Positions 29,005 through 38,401 are shown, numbered from the stretch's first letter. The stretch: 64,000 bases of DNA from a bacterium (GCA_030605565.1 JAUWIB010000105.1:10650-74649); one strand, 5' to 3'. A program made the numbers and translations. Notes: generated from the letters alone by a model not told the origin.

Positions 29005-30105
29005 TTAGCCTCTCCCCTTCGGATATCCGATGAAGACGCAGTCGTGATCGGAACCGTCGAAAGAGTGCCGTTCAAATTGTACGGCATCGGCCAGACGTTT
29101 GGTGGCAAGATCACCTATGGCACTCACGCCCTTGCCGATGATAATCGGCGCCGTGATTATGACGAATTTGTCCACGAGTCCGGCTTCAACGAATGATGTC
29201 GCTAACTTCGCCCCCCCCTCCACCAACATCGAACGCAGTCCGAAATTATCGGCCTGATGTACCAGGTCAGCGACATCGACCAAACCGTTCTTAGTCCGTC
29301 GCAGTCGCCAGAAAATGATCGGAGTCTCGCGCTTGCTGAGGGGTTGTCTATTGGCATCGCAGGCGGCGGCAACGACGGTGCGACCGTCCTCGTTGTTCCG
29401 CAGGAGTTGACACTTGCGCGGCAGTTTCATGTCCGAACTCACAATGATTCGGTACGGATTGCGTCCTTTGACCAGCCTGACCGTCAGGGCGGGGTCATCG
29501 TGGCGAACGGTGCCGCTGCCGACCACTACCGCATCGACCTCGCTACGCAGCCGGTGCGTCAGTCGGCGTGACTTCGTTGACGTGATCCATTTGGAATCGC
29601 CTGAGGCGGTGGCGATGCGACCGTCCAAACTCTGAGCGCATTTGAGGACAATGAAGGGACGACCGTTCTCGTGGTAGCCGAAGAACTGTTCGTTCAAAGC
29701 CCGCGCTTGTTTTCTCAAGACGCCGCCTACGACTTCAATCCCGGACTTCCGCAGGGCGCGGATGCCTTTGCCATGGACGCGCGGGTCAGGATCCTTGACA
29801 GCGCAAACGACTCGCTTGATGCCGGCGGCAGCAATGGCATCGGTACAAGGGCCGGTGCATCCGGTGTGGCAACATGGCTCCAGAGTAACATATAAGGTTG
29901 CACCCCTGCATCCGCCCCTGGCGTTTTTGATGGCGACTACTTCCGCGTGGTCGCGACCTGCGGCATGGTGGTAGCCCTGACCGATGATGCGCCGACCTTT
30001 GACAATCACCGCCCCGACCAGCGGGTTTGGACTGGTACGGCCGCGTCCTTTCACCGCCAGGTTCAGTGCTCGCTCCATGTACGCAACGTCAGTCGCGTCG
30101 GCCAT
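29005..30105 (-). CDS. ribD: Riboflavin deaminase/reductase
   Basis: PNPLVGAV, HAE, TLEPCCH..TGPC, SLDGRIAT, VEGG. Confidence 0.96.
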   Translation of the reverse strand: MADATDVAYMERALNLAVKGRGRTSPNPLVGAVIVKGRRIIGQGYHHAAGRDHAEVVAIKNARGGCRGATLYVTLEPCCHTGCTGPCTDAIAAAGIKRVVCAVKDPDPRVHGKGIRALRKSGIEVVGGVLRKQARALNEQFFGYHENGRPFIVLKCAQSLDGRIATASGDSKWITSTKSRRLTHRLRSEVDAVVVGSGTVRHDDPALTVRLVKGRNPYRIIVSSDMKLPRKCQLLRNNEDGRTVVAAACDANRQPLSKRETPIIFWRLRRTKNGLVDVADLVHQADNFGLRSMLVEGGAKLATSFVEAGLVDKFVIITAPIIIGKGVSAIGDLATKRLADAVQFERHSFDGSDHDCVFIGYPKGRG

Positions 30106-30131
30106 AAAAAATCCCCAAAGTGAATTCGGGG
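30106..30131 (-). terminator. Riboswitch expression-platform terminator overlapping the ribD RBS
   Basis: Minus strand CCCCGAA-TTCAC-TTTGGGG-ATTTTTT immediately followed by the ribD ATG. Confidence 0.65.
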
Positions 30132-30178
30132 TATAGATAAGCACAAACCATCCAGTTTCGTCTGGACAGCATAAAGCC

Positions 30179-30300
30179 AATCTTCTCTCATCCGGACTAT
30201 CACCGTCGGCGCCTGAATTTCACAGGCTCTGCCGGAGTTGTTGCCTCCAGCTCGCGGGCTTTAACCGCCGGTCGAGGGTTTTCACCTCACCCCGAAGATT
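30179..30300 (-). ncRNA. FMN riboswitch (RFN element)
   Basis: Minus strand AATCTTCGGGGTGAGGTGAAAACCCTCGACCGGCGGTTAAAGCCCGCGAG...GTGAAATTC...GCCGACGGTGATAGTCCGGATGAGAGAAGATT, upstream of the rib operon. Confidence 0.95.
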
Positions 30301-30412
30301 TCTCAAGGGCCAATATAGTGGGCTTCGTGGAAATGGCAAGAGATTTCGGTAGCCAACAGACGGGGCGCCGATTTGTTGAAACCTAAGGGGTTTCGACAAT
30401 ACTGCCGACAGT

Positions 30413-30440
30413 GGCGGGTTCGAAGACGGACCCGCCCTAC
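30413..30440 (-). repeat. Single GTAG-type REP hairpin
   Basis: Minus strand GTAG-GGCGGGTCCG-TCTT-CGAACCCGCC. Confidence 0.55.
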
Positions 30441-30466
30441 CCAGCTTCTTCAACAACCGGCCGGAC

Positions 30467-32605
30467 TTAGGGGGCGGTCAGCTCTCTGACCAGGGCTTTG
30501 ACGTCTTTCAGGTGGAATGGTTTGGGCAGGACGGTCTTGATCCCCTTCAACGACACGTCCTCTTCATCGAGTTGGGTGCCCCAGCCGGTGATCATGGCTA
30601 TAGGAAGCTCCGGGAACTTTTCGTGAACAACTGCGGCCAGGTCCAGTCCGGACATGCCGGGCATCCCGAGATCGGTGATAATGAGATCGAACGATTGTTC
30701 GTCAACAGCCTCCAGAGCCTGATAGCCATCGGCACAGGCGGTAGCACTGTGACCGTCAATCGTCAGCATGTCGCTCAGCACCTCGCGGATCTGTTCATCG
30801 TCATCAACCACCAGGATGCGCAACCGATCCGATTGGCCTATGCGGCTGCTGACGTCGGATTCTTCATCAGCCCGGTCTACGGCCATGAACGACACTTTGA
30901 AGATGGCGCCACCCTCGGCGCCGTTATCAACCTCAATCTTGCCGCCGTGGCTTATCACCACGCCATGGGCGATGGCCAGACCAAGTCCGGCGCCGCGTTT
31001 AGCCTTGGTGGTGAAAAACGGATAAAAGACTTTCTTCCTGATATCGTCCGGAATGCCGTCTCCCCGGTCGGCGACCGTGAGCACCACTCGTTGACCATCG
31101 CTTTCGAGGTTTATCGCAACGCAGGAACCCTCGGGGGAATGTTCGACCGCATTCTCGATCAGTTTGTTCAGAAGGGTCAAAAGATCGTCGGCATTTCCTT
31201 CGACATAGGCCTCGTCGAGAGCGTGGCTATACGTGATTGTGACCTTCGCTGCCTCGGCGATCTTCTTCCAGGAAGAAGGTCTACTGTCAACGCAGTTACG
31301 CACGATATCGACCAAATTGACGGGATCGAGTTTCTTGTTTCGAGTGCGTCGGGTGAACTCCTGGATGCGGCGCACTGTCTCGGCGCCCTCCATCGCCAGG
31401 GACTCAACAGTGTTCAATCCCGAGAGGATCGGGCCTTCTTCCAGCTTCAGCTTCATCAACTGTACCCGGCCAACAATTCCACCCATGATATTGTTGAAGT
31501 CATGGGCGATGCCGGTGGTCATATCGGTAAGGGCAGCCAGGGCTTCCGTATCGGCCATACGGGCGCTGGATTTTTCAAGGATGCGCTTGGATTTGCGCAG
31601 GTGTCTCAGTTGTAGCGCATACTGCAGTACGGATCGTGTCGCCAGAGCAAGTACCGACAGGAGTTCAAGATCATTGGGTGTAAAGCCGGTGGGGCGGTGC
31701 GTCCACACAACCAGCAGGCACCGATGGTCTTCGTCCGGCGTTATGTCAACACTAACCGAGGCAGTACCCAGACCGGGCAATAAGTCCGAAATATCCGCAA
31801 CCTCTGCCTCGGCGTCAAGCCGTCCTTCGTCCGGCAAGGAATGGTCAAGTGCCTGTACGGCTTTACCGATTCGTTCCGCGAGATCCGGGGTTGGCGCGCT
31901 GGGGTCCGCTGATTCGACTATGCTGAATCGTTCATCCCCGATACTTTTCGAGAGGAAGCAGACGCCGCACCTGGGTATCAGAGTTTGCATCAGGTGTACT
32001 ATATTCGAGGCTATCTTGCCGATCGATAGTTCGTTGATGTCCATTTCGCGCACTGAAAGAACCTGAACCATACGAACGGAGAAGTCATTTACAACGTGAA
32101 GCCGGTCTGCCATGGACATAGCGCTGCTCACCAACTCCAACAGCAGCTTAAGGTGATCCGTGGTCTCCGGAGAAATCTCGGTTGGTTTGCTACACCAATA
32201 GGCAGCAACCAAAACTGTTGATTGCCCACCATCATTCAGCACTATTACCTGGCGATGGGTCAGGTTATTGGTTGCAGCAAAAGGGTCGTAGAGCGCTGGA
32301 TCACCCTGGGGATCATCAGTTAGCCTTATGACCTTTGATGCACCTGAGTTGTTATCCCGGACGAACCGACCCCATTGATTATCCAGAAGGTTGAGAGAGG
32401 TAATGTTCACATTGTGGCGGTGGTTGCAGGCTACGGGGATGAGCACATCATCACCGTGGCGTCGATAGAACAGCACCGTGAAGTCAGCGGTTAGTTGTTC
32501 TGAAGCCAGGTGAGCAGCCTTATCCAACTGACCGATGATCCCACCCAATTGGTGACTGCGTTCAATGTGATAGTACTTTGAGATTAGAGCGGACAACCCC
32601 GTCAT
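30467..32605 (-). CDS. Hybrid sensor histidine kinase (GAF-like, HisKA, HATPase, REC)
   Basis: GIAHDFNNIMG H-box, LIENA N-box, DRGDGI, PFFTTK, GAGLGL; receiver VVDDD..ITDLGMPGMSG..KPF; ATGA overlap with the upstream gene. Confidence 0.93.
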   Translation of the reverse strand: MTGLSALISKYYHIERSHQLGGIIGQLDKAAHLASEQLTADFTVLFYRRHGDDVLIPVACNHRHNVNITSLNLLDNQWGRFVRDNNSGASKVIRLTDDPQGDPALYDPFAATNNLTHRQVIVLNDGGQSTVLVAAYWCSKPTEISPETTDHLKLLLELVSSAMSMADRLHVVNDFSVRMVQVLSVREMDINELSIGKIASNIVHLMQTLIPRCGVCFLSKSIGDERFSIVESADPSAPTPDLAERIGKAVQALDHSLPDEGRLDAEAEVADISDLLPGLGTASVSVDITPDEDHRCLLVVWTHRPTGFTPNDLELLSVLALATRSVLQYALQLRHLRKSKRILEKSSARMADTEALAALTDMTTGIAHDFNNIMGGIVGRVQLMKLKLEEGPILSGLNTVESLAMEGAETVRRIQEFTRRTRNKKLDPVNLVDIVRNCVDSRPSSWKKIAEAAKVTITYSHALDEAYVEGNADDLLTLLNKLIENAVEHSPEGSCVAINLESDGQRVVLTVADRGDGIPDDIRKKVFYPFFTTKAKRGAGLGLAIAHGVVISHGGKIEVDNGAEGGAIFKVSFMAVDRADEESDVSSRIGQSDRLRILVVDDDEQIREVLSDMLTIDGHSATACADGYQALEAVDEQSFDLIITDLGMPGMSGLDLAAVVHEKFPELPIAMITGWGTQLDEEDVSLKGIKTVLPKPFHLKDVKALVRELTAP

Positions 32606-34764
32606 GTTTCTAACCCTTCCCCGTTCGGTGATAGACGATTGATTGTGGATTGTTCGATGTCGCGTCCGCTGGTATGAACAAACCGAATCACCGCATGGCA
32701 AGTGCGGCTGGACGTCATGCCGAAGCTGAGCGTGACATCCTCGAAGTGTACTATGCCCTCGTCGTCATTGCGACGCTCCAGCCGTTGGTGACTGTAGATT
32801 CGACCGATCATTTCTCCTAACCCCGAATGACCGATAATGTCGGCTGCGAACTCAAACACCAACTCCGCTCGGCCCGGCCCACCATCGGCTGAGATTACTA
32901 AGTGGCCGGAACAGATGGCCTCGTCCATCAGCCCCAGTACGAGCGGAAGGACATAGTCGTAAACTTCGCGGTAGGTGAGTTCAAAGTCGTTGTCCTTCGA
33001 TCTACATGCTTCAATCGTGAGAGTCACATTCTTGCTGTCCTTCACCTGCGTCGCGTGTCCGCGAACGATGGTCGGTAGATCCTCGAGCAACTGACGGCTC
33101 GACAATTGTCGTGCCATTTGATCGGTGGTAAGCAGACAGAGATCGCGGAGGTTACCCAGATAGGCTGCCAGTTGATCGGCTGCCTTGCGTACCTTGGCGG
33201 ACCCGTTTGAAATAGTATTCGAGGAAAGGGCATGATCCTCGTCCTTGATAGCACTTTCAATAATCTCGTTCTGGCCCACGACTACCGACAAATGCTCCAT
33301 CAGGTCGTGGAAGTACCCCTCGGCCAGTTTGGCGACAGTATTCAGTCGGTCATTGGCCAGGTCAACCGAAGCGCCAGATGAGGATCCTACTACCATCGCC
33401 TCAAGATGCGCTTGCTGGGTCTTCAGGTACTGGTATAATCCAAGGAATGTCGCAACAGCCTCAAGGACCGTTCGGTGTGAGTCCAGGCACCGACCGGCAT
33501 GAGGGCACCCAAAGGCAACGTACCCGGACGCATCACCTGGGTGACCGACAGGAAGCAATATCTCGGACGCTACATTATCCCGCAAGTATGACTCCTGTTC
33601 TTCAGCGCGACATGGAGACTTACGAACGTCGGGAACCATCACCGGGTTATCCGCGTCCAGTCTGGTCAGTTGCGGGGAAGGGATCGGCGCCTGTTGTTCT
33701 GTGCGAACAGTCGGTTCCCCATCGCTACCGGCGACAACTATCTCGGCTGGGGAACCATCCCCTGCCAGAACCATACGCGACAGAGGCACTTGATGATTTA
33801 CAACGCGAAAGGCTTCAAGGAGTGCTTTTTTGAATTCACCGCCGGTTGTTCCGTACTCAGCGAGGCGAGCGTACAACGACGACACCTCCGCTACCGTGCT
33901 GAATTGCGACTCGTGCAGATGACCGACTATTCGCGCGATCTGTTGCAGCGCGGTTATCTCAACCCGCCCGATATTGCCGGGGATCAAGACCACGATCATG
34001 TACTCTGTTCGGTCGGAAATGATACCGGGATGGAGGAACATGTAATTGGGTGGGTGGTCAATGGCCACCGGGTAGTCCGGCATCATGTCGGCCGGCAGGA
34101 AGAACTGTTCACGGCGTATGGCATCGGTCCAGTCTCGTGCGGTCACGCTCTTCAAAGTTCCTTCCAATCGATCCGACAGATGGATATCGCCGACCGCCAG
34201 GCGTAGCTTATGGATACCTTCGGACTGGTGATAGATCGTCCCAAGAGAGCCCGGCCACTGTTCCGTCATGAGTTCGAGCACAGCCTTTTGGAATTCATCG
34301 TAACTGTGATCGCGAACAAAGAGTCGGTCAAGGAAGTCTCCCAGTAAACCGTAGTGGTCATGTTGTTCCGTGTCGGCGTAACGTGTGGATAAGATATCCA
34401 GTATCGCATCAATCGTCGGCGGATCAGGTTCAAAGGAGGTCGCAGTACCGACCGTGATCACAGCTTCCACTTTCCCTGCTACCAGTACGGGATGGAGTTT
34501 CAAATCGTCGGTCTCGATGCCGGTTCGAGCGATATGATTAAGCTGCACCTCACTTCCCTGCACTGTCAGGCTCTGTTTCATGGATGCCAACCAAGTGCCG
34601 GGAATGTGGAGCCATGCTCCGACGGCATGATCGGACTCGGCGTTCGCCAGCCTAAACACTGTCGGTAAACCGTGGGCCAGGTATACGCGCGCATCTGAGG
34701 GCAGGTTCAGTCCGGTCGCGTGTCCCTGGAGAAGGCTCTTTTGTGACTCAGTGAGCAGTTTCAT
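32602..34764 (-). CDS. GAF-domain protein with His-containing DHp and degenerate ATPase domain
   Basis: GAF motifs (VASEILLPV..GYVAFG); AEGYFHDLMEHLSVVVGQNE DHp-like helix; no N, G1 or G2 boxes downstream. Confidence 0.7.
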   Translation of the reverse strand: MKLLTESQKSLLQGHATGLNLPSDARVYLAHGLPTVFRLANAESDHAVGAWLHIPGTWLASMKQSLTVQGSEVQLNHIARTGIETDDLKLHPVLVAGKVEAVITVGTATSFEPDPPTIDAILDILSTRYADTEQHDHYGLLGDFLDRLFVRDHSYDEFQKAVLELMTEQWPGSLGTIYHQSEGIHKLRLAVGDIHLSDRLEGTLKSVTARDWTDAIRREQFFLPADMMPDYPVAIDHPPNYMFLHPGIISDRTEYMIVVLIPGNIGRVEITALQQIARIVGHLHESQFSTVAEVSSLYARLAEYGTTGGEFKKALLEAFRVVNHQVPLSRMVLAGDGSPAEIVVAGSDGEPTVRTEQQAPIPSPQLTRLDADNPVMVPDVRKSPCRAEEQESYLRDNVASEILLPVGHPGDASGYVAFGCPHAGRCLDSHRTVLEAVATFLGLYQYLKTQQAHLEAMVVGSSSGASVDLANDRLNTVAKLAEGYFHDLMEHLSVVVGQNEIIESAIKDEDHALSSNTISNGSAKVRKAADQLAAYLGNLRDLCLLTTDQMARQLSSRQLLEDLPTIVRGHATQVKDSKNVTLTIEACRSKDNDFELTYREVYDYVLPLVLGLMDEAICSGHLVISADGGPGRAELVFEFAADIIGHSGLGEMIGRIYSHQRLERRNDDEGIVHFEDVTLSFGMTSSRTCHAVIRFVHTSGRDIEQSTINRLSPNGEGLET

Positions 34765-34786
34765 AGTGGTGAGCGGGTCAGACGAA

Positions 34787-36838
34787 TTATGAGGTCTGCT
34801 CGGTGAAACAATCGTTGATACGTTGCGCCGATTTATCGATGATCGACAAGTATTTCTCCAACGCGGGATCGGACGACTTGTGCTTCGACTTGATCATCTC
34901 CACCGAACCCAGTATTCCGCTCAATGATGATCTGATCTGACCTCGGAGTTGAGATGCTCTCATTGTCGGGGAGGCTAATCCTCTGTTCTCGACTGTTGAA
35001 CCGGTTACCTTGCGTCCCAAACCCGCCTGAATGGCAAGAGCTAGTATCGCCGATATCGATCTGGCCAGAAGGACGTCGAGACGACGATAGCTTCTCCGAT
35101 CTCCAAGGCACGAGTCAGCGATTCCAATCACCGCCAACACCTGCTGCCCCAGCATCACCGGAACGAGCATCGCCGACTGCACCTCGGAAGAGAAGGCCTG
35201 ACCGGCTTCCGCAGGGGTCATCTGGTACTCCGCATCTGATTGATCAACCATCAGGATGCGTCCACTGTCGCGCACCAGTTGATGCAGCGGCATTAATGAC
35301 ATGACCATGTGTCCGTCGCCCGGCGTTGACGGTGCGGTCGATGGATCGTGAGCGATTGCCCGTGAACTCATAAAAGCGTCGTCATGGTCAAAAGTGGCTA
35401 TTCGTACCATGGTACACTGAAGTTCTGTCAGTAGCGTGTCAGCCGCTCTCTGGAATATCACCCGCAAGTCGGACGTCTCCCCCGCTTCGGCCAGGAAGTC
35501 GTTTATCACCGATAGCCTTTGCTCGATTGCGACGGAGGCGCTGCGATGAGTATCATCCAGTACCAAGTCGCGGATTATCGGCACCACCGATTCGAGAAGC
35601 AGTCGATCCCGGCTTTCATAGGCACTATCTTCACGAGAGGCTACTGTAAGCACGGCGCCAGGCCCGCGATGGCATGTAACAGGCAACGCCATGACTGATT
35701 GTATTCCGCCGACCGCCACAAGATCATCAACGGGAAGATCCGTTTCGTCAGCCAAATGGTCCACGAACATCGGTTTGCCGGTTCGCGAAACATGGTCGAC
35801 ATGGCTGTTGCCGGCACTGAGGTCAAGACCTATTTCATCCAACAGAGTCTGGCCGACTCCCACTGTCAAACGCCTTATCGTACCGTCATCCCGGGCAATG
35901 GCCAGAGAGACGAACTCAGACCTCAACTGGTTTCGCATCAACTTAGCCAAACCTGTGAAGTTCTCTCTGAGGTCTTTGGAGTGATCTACGATTTCGGCCA
36001 GTCTGTTTCGCCACAGTTGTCGGTGGCGGTCAAAGGCCGCATCGGTACGCCGCTGATCAAGATCGATTTTGCGCGAGATAATGTCGACAGCAATCTTCAG
36101 GTTGACCCGCACCTCGTCATTATCGGATACACCTCCATCAGTGTTCCACAGCAAGAAGGCGCCGTGGACGTGGTTGTTGACGAGTAGCGGCAGAATCAGG
36201 CTCGGCGCGACCATCGACGGCGGTAATTTCTGCACCACTTTCGTTACACGCGGCATGTTGTTTTCGCCGCTCTCGTGAAAGTCAGATTCACCGAATTCAG
36301 CCTGTTGCAAAACCGCCACAGCCGTGTCGACACCTCCGGAGGTGGTCAATAGCGTAGCGCGCTCCGAACCAGGTGAACAACTGAATACAGCCCCCCAGGC
36401 GAAGTTCGGCAGTTCAACCATGTAGTCAAGGGTGGTACTCATTATCTCTGTCAGTCTGGTTTCAACCATAGCCAACTGTTGCACCCTCTTGATCAATTCC
36501 AACCGCTGTATTCGCTCCTGGCTAAATTGCCGATGACTGCGGGCAAGCGGCAGCCAGGTCGAGACACCACTGACGACGAAAGTTGCGCCGGTGGTGATGC
36601 CGATCCAACTGAGGACCTTGAAAAACAACGGGTCTGACAAGAATGGGACAACGGCAAACAGGCCGACGCCTCCGTAAATCCGCATCAGGGCTACAACCGC
36701 CAGAACCGCCAAGCCACCCGACAGGTAGTTATAACTCTCGCGATCGTGAGCGCGTATTTCATTTCTGAGACGAGCCACCACAACCAGGCTCATCAGAAAA
36801 AACAAGGCTACCATGAAATCAAGCAGCGGTAATCCCAT
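34787..36838 (-). CDS. Membrane-anchored multi-GAF protein ending in a His-less DHp (pseudokinase)
   Basis: About 3 N-terminal TMs; three GAF-like segments (SLILPLLV, SVMALPV, SAMLVPV); C-terminal LRGQIRSSLSGILGSVEMI..KYLSIIDKSAQRI then stop. Confidence 0.75.
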   Translation of the reverse strand: MGLPLLDFMVALFFLMSLVVVARLRNEIRAHDRESYNYLSGGLAVLAVVALMRIYGGVGLFAVVPFLSDPLFFKVLSWIGITTGATFVVSGVSTWLPLARSHRQFSQERIQRLELIKRVQQLAMVETRLTEIMSTTLDYMVELPNFAWGAVFSCSPGSERATLLTTSGGVDTAVAVLQQAEFGESDFHESGENNMPRVTKVVQKLPPSMVAPSLILPLLVNNHVHGAFLLWNTDGGVSDNDEVRVNLKIAVDIISRKIDLDQRRTDAAFDRHRQLWRNRLAEIVDHSKDLRENFTGLAKLMRNQLRSEFVSLAIARDDGTIRRLTVGVGQTLLDEIGLDLSAGNSHVDHVSRTGKPMFVDHLADETDLPVDDLVAVGGIQSVMALPVTCHRGPGAVLTVASREDSAYESRDRLLLESVVPIIRDLVLDDTHRSASVAIEQRLSVINDFLAEAGETSDLRVIFQRAADTLLTELQCTMVRIATFDHDDAFMSSRAIAHDPSTAPSTPGDGHMVMSLMPLHQLVRDSGRILMVDQSDAEYQMTPAEAGQAFSSEVQSAMLVPVMLGQQVLAVIGIADSCLGDRRSYRRLDVLLARSISAILALAIQAGLGRKVTGSTVENRGLASPTMRASQLRGQIRSSLSGILGSVEMIKSKHKSSDPALEKYLSIIDKSAQRINDCFTEQTS

Positions 36839-36963
36839 CGAAATCGTCCTCCTTCCAAAACTCCACTCTATTACATTAGGTATCGGTCGTTGGGAGATTT
36901 CCGATTAGCCGTTCACGGCCTTTCGCTACCGGCTGATGGGTTCGTCCCATTCCCTGAGTGAAC

Positions 36964-37134
36964 AGAGGCTAAACGAGAACTGTAACGTGGCGCCGTAAGT
37001 GCCCGTCCCCCGACTGGTTACCAGCGCTCTTCCGTGTCTGTATGGGCGTTGCGACAGATCAGGCAGGAGACTAAGAAACGTCTTAACGGCACTCTCTAAG
37101 GAGGGAGATATTATGCTTTCTCGAACAGCTCTCT
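36964..37134. ncRNA. Candidate structured non-coding RNA (rod-like with internal loops)
   Basis: Nested complementary segments found by eye; family not recognised. Confidence 0.35.
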
Positions 37135-37174
37135 TGACCGGCACTGCCGTCCGCGACCGTGCCGCCCGGCTTTC

Positions 37175-37837
37175 TCATGACCGTTCAGTGAACAACCGTG
37201 GATTGACTACTCGTTGATAGTTCTTGAAGTGTGTTTTGGCCAGCTTCGTAAGAATTCCCGGTCCGTGTTTTCGAACGATTTGCCGGCCGGCTGCGTCCAC
37301 GTGTGCAGCCGCTCCCTTGGGGATTTCAACGCCGCAACGGCTGGAGAGCTTCTCCATTTCCCGGATGAATCTCGCCCGCGCCAGGATCGAGGCAGCCGCT
37401 ACCTGGATGATGCGCTCACCGCGAACCAGTTGATTCAACTTAACAGAAACACCGCGTCTCGCCAGGGCATCCTCGACCAACTCTGCCTTGCCGAACTTAT
37501 CGGACACCGCCAGGTCGGCAGGATGGTCGGCCAGCAAACGATGTATCACTTCGGCGTGTCCCTCAGCCAGGAGCTTGTTGAGGTTCCTGATCTCAGCGTA
37601 CTTCCGGTTGTACTCTTCGGGGGCGACCACTATCACAGTGTGGGCGTAATCGGCACGCAGACGTTCATCGATCTGAAGTATTTTTTTGTCGGCGATCAAC
37701 TTGCCGTCGCGAACGCCGAGCGCTTTCAGAGCATCTGTCTGCGACTCGTCGGCCAGAAAGGCTGCCACGACCAAGGGGCCGAAGAAATCTCCCTTGCCTG
37801 ATTCATCGACGCCGACGATGCGGCGGGCGCCGGCCAT
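37175..37837 (-). CDS. rnhC: Ribonuclease HIII (catalytic domain only)
   Basis: GVDESGKGDFFGPLVVAA, GVRDGK, NLNKLLA, DKFG, VAAASILAR, AKTHFKN. Confidence 0.85.
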   Translation of the reverse strand: MAGARRIVGVDESGKGDFFGPLVVAAFLADESQTDALKALGVRDGKLIADKKILQIDERLRADYAHTVIVVAPEEYNRKYAEIRNLNKLLAEGHAEVIHRLLADHPADLAVSDKFGKAELVEDALARRGVSVKLNQLVRGERIIQVAAASILARARFIREMEKLSSRCGVEIPKGAAAHVDAAGRQIVRKHGPGILTKLAKTHFKNYQRVVNPRLFTERS

Positions 37838-37840
37838 TGA

Positions 37841-38401
37841 TCAGTTGGCCCGTTCCAGGTACGCCCCGGAGCGAGTGTCGACTTTGACTTTGTCACCCTC
37901 TTTGACGAATGGCGGCACTTTGACAGTCAGGCCGGTCTGAAGTTTGGCCGGCTTCGTTACGTTGGACACGGTATCGCCTCTGGCCGATGGTTCAGTCTCC
38001 ACGACCTTCAAAACCACCGAAGCTGGCAGGTCGACAGAGATTGCTTCACCGTCAAGAAACAGAACTTTGTACTCTTCGTTCTCCAGCAGATACCATTTCG
38101 CGTCACCCAGGTTCTCAATTGCGATCTCGATCTGCTCGAAGGTCTGTGAGTCCATGAAGGACATCTCGCCGCCATTTTCGTACAGGTACTGCATCTTCTT
38201 TTCCTCCATGTCGGGAGGTTTGAAGCTGTCGTTGGACGAGAACACTTTTTCCACCACCCCACCGGTCCTGATATGCTTCAGTTTGGTGCGGATGTTGGCC
38301 TTGCCCCGACCCATCTTGAAGTGTTGGTACTCGACCACGTAGTAAGGTTGGTCGTCGACTATGATGCGCAAACCTCTTCGAAAATCAGACGGCGTATACA
38401 T
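37841..38401 (-). CDS. efp: Elongation factor P
   Basis: DFRRGL, HFKMGRGKA, RGDT, KPAKLQTG, VPPFVKEGD, DTRSGAYLER. Confidence 0.96.
   Translation of the reverse strand: MYTPSDFRRGLRIIVDDQPYYVVEYQHFKMGRGKANIRTKLKHIRTGGVVEKVFSSNDSFKPPDMEEKKMQYLYENGGEMSFMDSQTFEQIEIAIENLGDAKWYLLENEEYKVLFLDGEAISVDLPASVVLKVVETEPSARGDTVSNVTKPAKLQTGLTVKVPPFVKEGDKVKVDTRSGAYLERAN

Noticed and set aside
30512..32066. 367-aa and 277-aa plus-strand ORFs
   Set aside because: Antisense to the hybrid kinase; typical shadow ORFs in GC-rich coding DNA
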